This document shows, one piece after another, positions 1-12,869 of a DNA stretch of 64,000 bases. This stretch comes from Haliotis rufescens (taxonomy: Eukaryota), in assembly GCF_023055435.1 (NCBI RefSeq), contig NW_025963779.1:60760001-60824000 (forward strand), in the 5' to 3' direction. Each line of letters opens with the position of its first letter. The stretch's first letter is position 1. Both the position numbers and the translations under genes were made by a program. Under the pieces are notes generated by a model. It made no database searches and had not been told where the DNA came from. It saw only the letters and a program-made list of their open reading frames with translations.

Positions 1-39
1 GGCCTTTGATACCCAAAATACTATATTGAACATAATACT

Positions 40-420
40 GATGGTTCTACTATGGCTAATTGTGATGTGACATACATGTATATGACTCATGATCAGTATG
101 GTTTGACTGTCATGTCTCATGACATATATGACTCGTGGTCCCTGTGGTGTGACTACTAAGGCGAATCTGTTTTATCGGATAATCGAGACTGGTTATTCTC
201 TTGCATTGACGTATTATATTTACTAAGGCTAATAATGATGTGACGTTTCTGACTCATGGTCACTGTCATGTTATTACTATGGTTAATAACAATGTGACGT
301 ATATAACACGTGGTTACAAGGATATGACTACTATAGCAAATTATGATGTGAAGTGATCAATTTGGTGTGACAATTTGGTGTAACTATTATTATGATGTTG
401 TCGTGTGACTCTTCATCGCT
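40..420. repeat. Degenerate tandem repeat, ~55-60-bp unit
   Basis: Recurring ACTACTATGGCTAAT..TGATGTGAC and TGACTC(A/G)TGGTC. Confidence 0.6.
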
Positions 421-2269
421 ACGATATGGATATATATTCTGTAGCATATGCCATCCACATATGCTTACTTGCGGTACAGGTGCAGATTACTGTAGCAGAG
501 GTACTTATAGACAATAGAGTAACCATAATATCATGGCTTGATATCCTGATTATTCATGACAGTAACCAGTTTTATAAAGGTAGAGTTTAGTTACAAAATA
601 GACATGCATGCATTTACCAAAACATTGTATTCGAGATTCTATTGATTGTTTTACATGTCTTTAATTCAGTGGACAGCAATGTTGTATATTGTTACTATTT
701 TGCAATTATGAGGTATGCCAATCTTTTAACTCTTAAACAGCACTTAAAAATACTTGTAGCAAATTTGAAAACATTGTTTCTTCATACAACGTTTATAAAT
801 TCTTGATGTGGTCCCATTATAATCTATTATGGACAGATCAGTATATTTTCTGTATAAGGTTGGAATGACAGTAATCAGTATCTTATTGGATCAATCACTT
901 TAACGAAAGGTGGTAGTGACACCTCGTTATTCCAAACCCGTTAATCCGGAACGCCCGTCTTCCAGACCTTTACCCTTGGGAACGTCTATACAGTTAAAGG
1001 TCATCTCTACTTACCAATGATTGTCCTATCCGGACAATGTCACTGTTACCGGCACCATCGGGCTCAACGGGATTTCATTGTTGATCATAATTTACACGTG
1101 TGTGTGCTTGCATGGGTGCCTGGATGTGTGTATATGCACTTGATTGTAGGAGGATGGCTTGCTATTGATTCATAAAATTGACATATCGAAGTGACGGGTC
1201 TGTCCAGTCTTGATTGCGCTGAAATTCTGCTCCCGTATGTGTATGACTATTCGCTGATAATACTCTTTCTGAACTTGACCATCTTAACATTTAGCTTTGT
1301 CATGTTGAGGCAGACACATTAATACCAATGCATCTCAACAATGGTCCGACATAACGGCATGTGTTTTTTATCATCGATCAGGACGCACGTCAGTGTCCAA
1401 TTGAGAAATAATTCGGAGATAAACATGTTGTGTTTTCAGATTAATTAGCGAGTGATTTTGCGAATTCGATTCTCAGAAATTCCATTTGGAACCAACGGCC
1501 TAAGCAAATCTAAAAGCACATAGTGATATCGACATTGTAAAATGCAAAATGTATCAGCAATTTTCCTGAGCTTGCTGTAATGCTTATACGTCGTGATATA
1601 ATGGAAAACGTCATATGCGTGCGAGGTAAACAGCCTTGCTATCAGAAAGGGAAAAATCGCAGTCCTTCTGATATATATTATGAAACGTAATTATAATTAA
1701 CCATATACCCATATCGCCAAGCAAATTGGCATGGTATTCCAACCCAACGTTTTTCAATCACTCAAGTTTATGTCAGCACCTACGACCATTAATGGTACAT
1801 ATTTTCCTAATCAAACATACGTCACATATTTCCGTAGATATTATTACATGAACGTGTCTGTCATTCTGATTTAAGTAAGGATAATGGCAGATTGTACGTA
1901 TTTTCGAGCGAGATCTAAGAATTAAAAATATAATGATGAAAAGTATTTTATATCACTTTGCCTGTAATATATTCTATATAATGTTTATGTTATTGGTGGC
2001 TTGACAAGTGAAAATGTTCTTAATGTAATGCAGTAATGCGGCTTTACACAAACAAATTGGTTCCTATATTTTTGTCACTGATGAAGATACTATTGCACTG
2101 ATAGGAGAAAATATATGTACATGCTCGAAATAGAAGAAAGTCATTTTGAACCAGGAAAGGCCACAATGGCCACAACCAGGACAGCGAGATGGAATATACT
2201 GTAATATGTCTTTCAAGAACAGTCATGCGACCCGAAAGCTTTTGTGAATGTTTTTCCTTCGTATTTTGT

Positions 2270-2880
2270 TACTCGTGCTTTGGCTAAGCTTGGGTCTTCT
2301 GAGAATGATTCAAGTTATGATTGGGCTGGCACTTTTATGGATCGTTCTCTTAACCTGTTTAAATTGTCGAGGGAGAGTACTCAAAATTCTGGCAGTTTGC
2401 TGTTGGGGAACCAGTTCAGGGTAGGGAGCAGTTAGTTAAGTTACAGGGGAAAGACCCAGAACTCAAAGTTCTTGCCAACAGGACACTCTCTTTGGAAGAA
2501 GCTAACAAAACTGGTTTGCTGCGCAAAAAGGAGAAATTTGTTTGGGACATCAGTTGTCAGGCTGCTTTTGAGAAAATTAAAGCCATTCTCGTGAATTCTC
2601 CTGAAGCACCAAACTTTGAAACATCTTCCAAATGGCAGTAGATGCTGGTGGCACTGCTGGAGCTGTCGCGATGCAGGAAGATGCATCAGACCTTGATCAT
2701 CCTGTTTGTTATTATTCACGAAAAAAGACAAACATCAGATAAATTATTCAACCATTGGAAAAATAACTCTTGCTCTATTGTTAGCTTTGCAAACACGTTA
2801 ATTTGAACTGTACTTGGGTACTATTTTGTTTCCTATTCAAGTGTATACGGATCACAATCCACTGACCTTTCCTCATAAAA
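2270..2880 (+). mobile_element. Decayed Ty3/Gypsy pol fragment (RT end / RNase H)
   Basis: Broken frames give KFVWDISCQAAFEKIK, DHPVCYYSRK, HQINYSTI, VYTDHNPLTF. Confidence 0.8.
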
Positions 2881-3370
2881 AGAATTTGAAGCTTCAATTA
2901 TTTGTAAACTTTCGGAATAGCATGGATGCATGTCAAGCGTTATAGAAACCGAAACATGTGGACTCTCCTATGATGTTCTAGTGACACCGGACTGGTGTAG
3001 CACTGTGTGGAAGTGCTGGAAGCTTGTTAGACTATATAAGTAGAGCGGGTGCGTGGCTGTCTTATGGCACGTTTCATCTGGTATTACATCAAGACCAGCT
3101 TTGGTGTGAAGAACACTTTTCGACCTGGTGTTCAGCCTTGGCCTATCTCGGAAGCTTGACCACTGTTGCGGCGAGGTGATTAGTGTTCTATTTTATGCTG
3201 CCATTAAATATTGTACCACCACTCTATTGTGTAATGCCATTTTAACGACTGATGTGCAGCAATTTGTATTGATTTGTAGACGTAGTTATTTTTGTAATAC
3301 AGCTGTTGATTGTATACCATTTGTTGTTTGATTTTCGGTTTCACACTAAATGATTTTACGTACAGATTTT

Positions 3371-3610
3371 TACCCGTGAAGATCCGGGGTAGATTAGGTC
3401 TTCAGCAACCCAAGCTTGCCGTAAGAGGCGACTATGCTTGTCGTAAGAGGCGACTAACGGGATCGGGTGGTCAGGCTCGCTGACTTGGTTGATGCATGTC
3501 ATCGTATCCCAATTGCGTGGATCGATGGTCATGATGTCAGTCGCCGGATTGTCTGGTCCAGACTCAATTATTAACAGACCGCCGCCATATAACTTAAACA
3601 ACAAACAAAC
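3371..3610 (+). mobile_element. SINE-like family D (no tRNA head; structured 5' end)
   Basis: ACCCGTGAAGATCCGGGGTAGA...GTCGTAAGAGGCGACTAACGGG head and AAAC tail; related pieces at ~4382(+), 4575(-), 15165(+), 19700-19870(-), 23485-23695(-), 31110-31300(-), 32860-33100(+), 48120-48275(+). Confidence 0.8.
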
Positions 3611-3980
3611 GTATAAATTTCTGAGTTAACAAAATATTGTTTCAATTTGGGAAATTTCAGTCACTCCCTGGAATAAATAACATCCCTGGCAACCGGGTGG
3701 ATTCACAGTAAAACAATTGCGTCGGTAACACTGTACATACATTTTAGAAATACATACATTGCGATTCTTCGCAGTGACGTCACTGCTGGGTGTGACAGGT
3801 AAAGTGATATTGTAGCAGGACTGCCTCCATCCGCACACAGATAACAGAAGCTACTGTTTTCTTCCAATGGCCAATGATTTTTTTCCAGGTGATTTAAGTA
3901 AAACTAAACCTATATCAGGTGTATAATGTAACAAATATAAAAAAATGTATAACAGATATACACATATAATTCATGTGTCA

Positions 3981-4175
3981 GATGTCCGCCTCTTCCCAAA
4001 TGTGAAGAAAGAACTGTCTGGCAAGCATTATGCAAATGATCATGACGTCAGTTCTGCTGTGGTGTATATGTTGCACCACCAGGAGAAAGCGCTCTACGCC
4101 AGTGGGATCCAGGCACTCCAGCATCTTTGGCAGAAGAGTGTGGACCTCTGAAGGGATTATGTTGCTAAATAATTA
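3981..4175 (+). mobile_element. Mariner transposase C-terminal relic
   Basis: LFPNVKKELSGKHY...YASGIQALQHLWQKSVDL*RDYV resembles the mariner C-terminus. Confidence 0.75.
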
Positions 4176-6529
4176 GCAACTGAACCAACTCCATCAACGC
4201 AGTCAATCCTAGTAAATTGGGCCATATTGAGTCGCCGAAACACTGCACACTTAAGGTCAATACAGAACTATAATAACCGTATCAAATAAATCACCAGCGA
4301 ATAACCATTCCTTCTTTGTTTCGTTTTTAGCTACCATCCAACTTGGGTGTATACTTTCTTTTGGCCGGCAGTTTACTTTCAGACCCGTGAAGATCCGGGG
4401 TAAAATAGGTCTTCAGCAACAATGCTTGTCGGAAGAGGCGACTAACTGGAATTCTAGCTGGACGACGGCGGTGTGTAAATAATCGAATCCGAGCCTTACA
4501 ATCCAATCCCATAAAGAGGCATCCCACAACAAACAATGGATGCTGAAGACCAAGTCTAACCCGGATCTTCACGGGATAGAAACATCATCCCAAATACCAT
4601 TGCTACATATACTTACGACCCTGAACTATGAGTTACAGATGGGAATAGCCTCCTTGGTCAGTCGTTAGAAATGTCGATAGAAATCATGTCAACTGATGCA
4701 GTGTCGTGAATCTTTGGTGCTCCGTAATCGCGCAAGGGTTGTTGCTTAACGTTATTACTAATTAATTCATAACATACGTTGGTGTTCATGCTACTATGAA
4801 AATGCAACCTATCTTTTCTTATAATCGATTTCAGAGAAAGCTGCAAACCTTATTGCCTGGCTACACCTTGCGACCACAGTGTGTGGTCGAATCAGTTATT
4901 CATGCGCCACCATTAAAAGCGACAACACCCTTTATAGGTGTCCACCATAATAATGTAAAAGCGACAAAACCCTTTCAACCCGATTCCGACTGTATGATGT
5001 AAAAGCATTGCACGATACGGGGACTATACCGACTATATCATCAGCAAATGTTTATGAATAACCATCCAATAGTGATGCTATCAGATGTTCGCGAAAAGTC
5101 GAGCGTATCCTGCCCAACCGGTGGCCCCCGTCGCAAACACATGCAAGGGGAAATCTATCGCGCACATGGAACAAATCAATATAGGGAATTGCATCAGACA
5201 TTACCACATTTGTTTGTCGCGTGGGATAATGTACAAAGTTGAAGAAATCAAATGTTTTGACAAAATTGAACTGGTTCTTTTCTTTTTGCAAGCGATGTCT
5301 TTTTCTCAACGTTTTAGATAGCGTGCCAAGTTTCAGCTGGTACTAAAGAAATATAACTACACCCCTCCCCGTAAGATAACAATTTCATTACAACTCGTGT
5401 ATTTCTTTTGATCACCCATACGTTTTGAAATAAACGCATTTTAATAAAAACGGTTACTAAAAGGGGATTCGTTTAGCAATCTGTAACTTTATCCTGATGA
5501 GTTTAAAATGAATGTCATGCTATCTTTAGTACGTACTTTAGCCAAACTCCACACAGCGATATCACGTTCCTGAAGCTATATATGCTGTGATACAAGGCAC
5601 TGGAAAGGAGCTTGGGTATGGTGTGTGTACAAAGGGAAATAACTCGTATACGTATTGTCATTTTTAGAGTAAAGCGTCCATGTATCAAAAACGATAGTAT
5701 TTGTGTTTTGAAAGGGATGTAAATTAAGATAATAAAAACTGATACAATAAGCCTGATGATGTTGATTATAAATAAAAGTGACAAAAACTGTTTCCATATG
5801 ACAAGAAATCTCTATTAAAAGCAGATTCCTTTGTACGATTCCGATTATGTCCTTAGCGTATCACATAGTTACCATACAAGCTGTTCCCGAAAAGGTGAGC
5901 GCAATTTTCCCACCCATCATAAACACATGCAAAGCAAGTCAATTTGTTCACCCGAAATTATTCAATTTCCTATATTGACTTGTACTGTAAGTTCCCGTAG
6001 GGTTTTTCAAGTGAACAATTGACTTACCTTTTGACTTATCTGTTGTTTTGTACTGACCTATAACTTGGCATTAAAGAGGGATTCTGTTATTCACATGACA
6101 TGAGGTAATCTGCCCCGCATGTGTAGGAGACAAAACTAATACCGGCCTATTACAGCGAACTGGTATGTACAACTGGGATCGTCACCTAAACGAATACGAA
6201 TAGTACACCCCCGCTTTTCCTTTTTCGTGTTCAAAACACGAAATAAAAGAAGAAACTGTCCAAGTCTATTCTGGCCATGGCACGGCTCAAACTTCCGGCC
6301 AAAATCTATACGTTACATTAAAAAAATGTCAATGTGACAATAATAAAATTTTCTCAAATAAACTGTCACATTCACTCATATCTTCATGGTGTGAGAATTG
6401 CCCGCCCACTGGATGAGTAGGAAACTGATTGTCGTAGGTTTGCTAGGTGCGGAATAGGCCTAACTGTAGTTGCTTCTAGCAACCAGATCATCCCTTGGTA
6501 CATTAGAGAGAGTTTCCTTCGTGGAATGC

Positions 6530-8820
6530 AAGTCTCTCTTGTTGAGACGATACTTTGCACAATCGCCAGTCTTACACTAACATGAGCGAGGTGTGTTGGT
6601 GCAAGCAGTAACGTTATCTGGCTCTTACATTGCCACGTGCCAAAGCATTCCCTGGATGTAGGGATCTGTCACAGTGATTCCTTTGGCTCAATTTAGAATC
6701 CACCATTGCGCCTTGCACACATTCACATTCAGCGAGCTCTCGTGTCAGTAAATCTGAATTGCTTGGTGCGTCAGTCCTTAGACGTCTACCCAGTAGCTTG
6801 AACCCATCTCACTTAATGCAGTGTTGCAGCAAGTAGGGACAAATAGGTGTCATCAACCCCTCTGTTTAGCCTTGAGCAGTTGTTGCTACACCGTCTGCAC
6901 CGACTTCTCAGCAAGGAAACTTGCTTGTGGATACAGGGGTGAGGAGGTCATATATTCAACGTTCCACTGTTGAACAACTTGTCTGCATTCCGCTGAGGCA
7001 TAATGCAGCCCTTTGTCGGAGACAATTCTGTAGGGTACACCATGTCGAGCAAATATCGATTTCATGTGAGTTATGACTATCGTTGACTTTGTACTCGACA
7101 GTAGCGCAATCTCTCAATGTATCAACTGTAGTAATCAACTACAACAAGATAGTCAAGTCCATTCAGTTGGAATAAATCAGTTGCCACAATCTGCCACAGT
7201 AGAGTAGGAATATCAAAGGGTATCATTGGCTCTTTGCACTGTTTAATCCTGTTCTGTTGAAAAGGCCACAAATCTCAACAGTTCTTTCGATGCCAACTGT
7301 CATACGGGGCTAGATTATGGCATAACAAGCTCTATCCTTGCACTTCACAATTCCCATATGGTCTGCATGTATCCTTTCTAACATCTCCTTTCACATGGAA
7401 ATTGGAATGACAATTTTGTCACCTTTGTAGACAGTGAGTTTATCTCGGAATGTTTATAATTCAGTTATGCTTCTTTGACAATCATACAGATTCTCAGGCC
7501 ATTCGTTGAATGATCTTTGTAAGAATCACATACTGATCATCTTCACTAGTTTCTTTTCTTATCTGTTCTTTCTTATGGTAGTTTGCTTGTCATCATGTGT
7601 ATATGACTGATAAATGTTCATCAAATGATAGATCATCTTTGTTTGATGAAAATTCTATAGAATGCTGAGACAGCATGTCTGCCAAGGTAGCATTCTTCCC
7701 CGATGCGGTTTCTACATCTGCATCATAGATCTGAAGTCTCATTCTCATTCACTGAACTCTCAGAGGAATAGCATGTGATGGCTTCTTTAATACAAAATTA
7801 TAATTTTAATTTACTTCAAGTTGATCAGTTCTGACTTTCAAACAAAAGAGTATGACGTCTCCTTTATTTTTTGGGCATAATTCCTTTGTGCACCTGTCAC
7901 TGCCTTAGATGCTGGAATGCCCCAAGACTATTCTGTGATGCATTGTTCTTTAGCATTACTGGTTTCGTTGGGTCAAACTATTGTAATATAAGCCCTGGTG
8001 ACTTTGTGATCATATTCCTTATCTCTTGAACAGTATCCTCATATTCTTGAGTCAAACAGAAGGAGGTAGCTTGCCTTGTTAGCTCTCGTAGTATGTGTGC
8101 CTGCACCGATAAGCCAGGAGCATACTGTGCCACATAGGTAAACATACCGAAGTATCCTTCTAGCTCCTATTTGAAGTAGGAGTGTTTTTGTCCTTGGCCA
8201 CCTGATCTTGTTTCTTTCTATCAGCTGTTTCTTTCACCAAAGAATTTCACTTCTTGTTGACCGGACTATTGGAAATTGTTTGTAGTGACAAATGGGTACA
8301 TACAAAAGATATTACTTGGCAAAAGATATTTACAATTCCGTCTTTACACCTCGTAACGCTGGCATACTGTAAACTTTGTTCAAGTCAGTCGGATCCAGGC
8401 AAAGCCGACTTAGGGAAACCTAGGAATTCCACCAACTGGTAGGTTCATCTACTTTACACACCACACCCAAATCTGTCATCCTTTGTAACTCTCTCTGAAT
8501 CTTAGGTTCCAAAGCAACATGACCTTTTCTCACTGCATGTACTACTGGCACTGCACAACTCTCTCTCTATCTGTATGCAATATTCATCCTTGATACAGCC
8601 AATTCATTTGAACACATCTCCAAATTCCTTCAGTATTTCTCTTGAAGCTGGAAGATTTCGCAACCGTTAACACGACTTTCTCTGCATGGTTTGAGTCCCA
8701 ATACTGGAGGTGAATGTATGCCATGATTAGCAATAATGAATCCAAAGCTTTTTGTCACTTCCTTGTACTGGCACTGTAACGTTCTCAGTCCCGGGATTCT
8801 AAGTGGAGTATCTCCATAAC
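6530..8820 (-). mobile_element. Decayed Ty3/Gypsy LTR retrotransposon internal region (pol/integrase)
   Basis: Fragmented motifs on the minus strand: integrase zinc-finger region (H..HMGIVKCKDRAC), VVVDYYS, RHG-like core and RNase H remnants; many stops and frameshifts; boundaries approximate. Confidence 0.7.
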
Positions 8821-9199
8821 CAACTAGTCTGGCTTGAGTTGGACGTAGTGGACCTGCTCGAACACATATCAAGCTTCATGTTTATTTTTTGTTCACTTCT
8901 TTTTACGGTCATGGTCACACTAATCTCTTCCCTATCAGTCTTTTTCTTATCTTTCCCGACACGCTTTCATTTTGTTGCTAATGTCGTGAACAAAATCGAA
9001 TCTCATGACTATTTTCTTTTCTTGCGAAACGCAGTTTTTATTAAATATGGCATACGGCATATGAATTTTCTCTTTTCTGTCAAATCCCACGTATTAAATA
9101 TATCTCTTCCCGTCTGCCAAATGTGTCTGCTCGTCATTCTTGCCTGATAGTGAACTTGTCATCAACAAATATAATCTGTCTTGTAACCTCTAATTCAAC

Positions 9200-9833
9200 T
9201 TATCATTCCCTTTCTCTTATCCCATCCTTCCACCTACCTTTCCACTCTCATAGCCCATACTTCTATCTACCATTCCTTTTCTCATAGCCCATTCTTTCAC
9301 TTATCTTTACCTTTCCCTTTCCGATATCCCATACTTCCACCTACCTTTCCCTGTGTTATAGCCTATACATCCACCTACCTTAACCAGTCTCTTATCCCAT
9401 ACTTCCACCTACCTTTCCCTGTCTTAGAGCCCATACATCCACCTACCTTAACCTGTCTCTTATCCCATACTTCCACCTACCTTTCCCTGTCTTATAGCCT
9501 ATACATCCACCTACCTTAACCTGTCTCTTATCCCATACTTCCACCTACCATCCACTTCCTCTTATTCCATCCTTGCACCTATCTTCCCCTATCTCTTATT
9601 CCATCCTTCAATCAAGTTCGATCCCCGGCCGCGTCATACCAATAGACGTTAAAACGTGGCCCTTGTTGTTACCCTGCCTGGCGCTCGTCATTAAGGGGAT
9701 AAAACAAGGACTGGTCGGCTCGGAGTCAGTATACTGTATCTGATTTGTGTATTCATGTTAAATTGCAACATGGCATCTCAGTGGGCTAGCACTATGAAAT
9801 CGGCATTAGACCGGACTATTGCAAACAGCCACG

Positions 9834-9880
<47 letters not shown>

Positions 9881-10440
9881 GCAAATATTTGAACGTCGCT
9901 ATATAAGTTTTAAGTGCAAAAATATTAAACTCGACGTTAAACCCATCCTTCCATCTCCCTTCTCCTTTATCTTTTCCCATCCTTCCACCTGCCTTTCTCT
10001 TTATCTTATCCAATCATTTCACCTATCTTCCCCTTCATCTTATCCAATCCTTTCATCTACACTTCCCTCTTTCATATCCCATACTTCTACCTACATTTCA
10101 TTTTCTTTTATGTCATCCTTCAACCCCCATTTCTCTTACTCTTTTCCAATCCTTCCACTACCATTCCTTTTCTCATGTCCATACTTCCACCTACCTTCCC
10201 CTTTCTCTTTTCCCATCCTTCCACCTACCTTTCTCTTTATCTTATCCAATCATTTCACCTATCTTCCCCTTCATCTTATCCAATACTTTCACCTATCTTC
10301 CCCTTTATCTTATCCCATACTACCACCTACCTTTCCCTGTCTCTAATACCATCCTTCCAACTACCTTTCCCTTTCTATTTTCCCATTCTTCCACCTATCT
10401 TTCTTTTTCTCTTATCCACTCCTTCCAACCACATACCCGA
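9200..10440. repeat. Polypyrimidine minisatellite, ~32-bp unit
   Basis: TCTTATCCCATACTTCCACCTACCTTTCCCTG variants, split by a SINE C insertion. Confidence 0.9.
9612..9943 (+). mobile_element. SINE family C, 5'-truncated, with internal (CA)n
   Basis: Matches the 37700 copy from the B box onward; inserted into the pyrimidine minisatellite. Confidence 0.85.
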
Positions 10441-11279
10441 CCCTAGTCCTACCCTTTTCGCTCTTCGCTCAGCCTTCCTTTTCTCCAACCACCTCATTTC
10501 CTCACCGAACTCGAGTCTCTTTCTCCTATTCAGCCTTTACTCCTGACCTCTTTGGCTTCTATTTACATCCATTCCCCTTACTCCCTTCCCAGTCTCTACT
10601 CCGCCCAGTCTTTCCTTTTCACATCTTCTCTTCATCCAATCACTCTCGTCGCACCTTTATCTTTCCTTCCATTCCCTTCCCTTCCCTTCACTTGTTGGGA
10701 ACATTAGGGTTGGCAGATCCGCACTCAAAGTAGTTAAAAACACCTTACGGTTGTACTTCAATTCAGTTCAGGTCTACTCACAATCCTGCCATGAATTTGG
10801 AAATTACTCGATTGTCTGATTGCTCAACCAGAGGTATCGAATTACAATCACAACCTCTGTCTGAAAAAACTCATTTGACGATCGCGTCACCGCAAAAACT
10901 ATTTATAGGAAAGTACTTTTTTCTCAGTCATTATCGGTGGGGATTTTTAAATGATTACATGTACAATTTCAGGTTATGAAATGCATATTTGGGGTGATTA
11001 GAATATTCAAGTGTGTGTCGAAATTCAGTTTGTGCAGAAATCACGACAGAAATCGATTGAGAGAGTGTATTTCATGCTTTGGGGACATTATAGCATACTA
11101 GTAGCAGCCCAAAAGAACCTTTGAAGTACCATAGCGTTATGTATGATATGCAGTATAAATATAGAATTATTAAATTTGTCACTGCTTTATAAGTATGTCT
11201 CTTCATGTAAAATCTGGAGATGGTGATTCTTTAAGACTACCATCTTGCTCTCAGTGTTGGTATTTTGAGAGGGGGGGGG

Positions 11280-11566
11280 GGGGGGCGCACGGGTGGCCCA
11301 GTCGTCTAAGGCGCCGCGATTCGGTGTGCAGAGTTGCGTCCCTTGGGCACGCCAGAAACTTATGATTGTGGGTTCGAATCCCGATTCGTCCCGATTATGT
11401 TTTTAGGTTTGTCAGCACCATACCCGTGCTCGTGGGTTTCACCGAAGTGGTAAACGTCTGAGACCTGCATCACTTCGGGCTTTCCTCCCACATTAAGCTG
11501 ACACGCCGTGATATAACTGGAATACTGTTAAAAGCGGCGTTAAACCCAACTCACTCACTCACTCAC
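11280..11566 (+). mobile_element. tRNA-derived SINE family A (tRNA-Leu-like head)
   Basis: A box TGGCCCAGTCGTCTAAGGCG, B box GGTTCGAATCC, (ACTC)n tail, 12-bp TSD TGGTATTTTGAG. Confidence 0.9.
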
Positions 11567-12869
11567 TGGTATTTTGAGGAAATGATAACTTCAACTATTA
11601 CACATTTCCAATGGTTATCACACAAATCTTTAAATGTTGCGCTTCAAATGGAAACACAGTTTATGTGTGTTGTGTATTGTTCACACAAATGCACCTGTTC
11701 AACTCTTCATTCAAGCATGGTACAGTGGTGACGGAATAAAAGAACAATTAAAATAACGACGCCAACAACTAAAGGTAAATTTCTTCACTGTTTTATGACA
11801 CATCTGAAACAATACAGACAACATTTGAAAAAAAAGTAACATATAAATCCGCTGAATACATTGCAGTTTCCCGGGCATATTGAAGCTTGGCTAACCCTGC
11901 TTGCTTCTGCTGTTACTTTTAGATCTCCGTTGGTTCTTCTGTCAGTGCACATGGGTCCTTTTTACAATTAAAGGGTTAGTTAAGCTCTTAAGTTTCATTA
12001 ATAGCATTTTGGGGAACATATATGCCCAATGCAGTATAACCTAAAATATTTCAATGTGAAATATGACATTTGACATAACCTTGCCACTGGGCAAGTATAG
12101 AAGAAAGTGTTTATGAAATATTAATCAATAAATAATGTTTTGTATTATTATTCCTTAACTCATTGACAAGTACTTCATATTTTAACAAAAAGGTTTCTGG
12201 TGACCTTCAACGTCATGGGAGATCGTTGAGAACCTTCGAAAAAACACCTAGTGATTGTGTATATAACGTTTCGTGATATTCCAATCAAAAATGCTCAAAA
12301 TATTGTGCAAACAAGCTCTTCGAGACATCTACTTCACTCAGCGACCTTCGCCTAAAGTGTCATCAAATCGAGAATATTGCTTGTTGAGAACACAGGTGAC
12401 GTGATAAATTCGTTTTCTAACTATGTTGACAACACTTTCCTAAATTAAATTAACAACAACTAATTTGATGTGTAACCACGCCAGAAGACAGGTATTAGTT
12501 AGTTACGATTACGATTGGAAAAGTCATTTCATTTTTATACATTAACTCGTGATTTCCTACATTTTATCCATGTTTTATATACATGTGTGACTTCCAGTGA
12601 CCTTGACTTGTTACGCTGCTCACCTAAAGGCTAATGAGATAGAGACCCTACCCTAGTGACCATATATACCAAGTTTCGTCAGATTACAATCAGTGATAGC
12701 ATGTACATACGTGTGTTGAACGCCTTGTTCATAAGGGGTAGCTTTTGAACTTCAATGTGATCAAATTATTAAACATGTCACATATGAAGTTATCTATCAT
12801 AAGCTTATATTTGAGCAAACAAAATAAACAGCGCTTATGATTCATGGGAGACTACAACTACTAGTTGCA

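Noticed and set aside
405-2226. Short ORFs here and most other 60-130-aa ORFs in the track
   Set aside because: No recognisable domains or splice context; many start at non-ATG codons or overlap SINEs.
9819-10546. 175-aa and 123-aa ORFs
   Set aside because: Products of (CA)n and a polypyrimidine minisatellite.
12190-12790. Helentron/DINE-like element (GTGACCTT motifs)
   Set aside because: Only scattered motifs; termini could not be defined.
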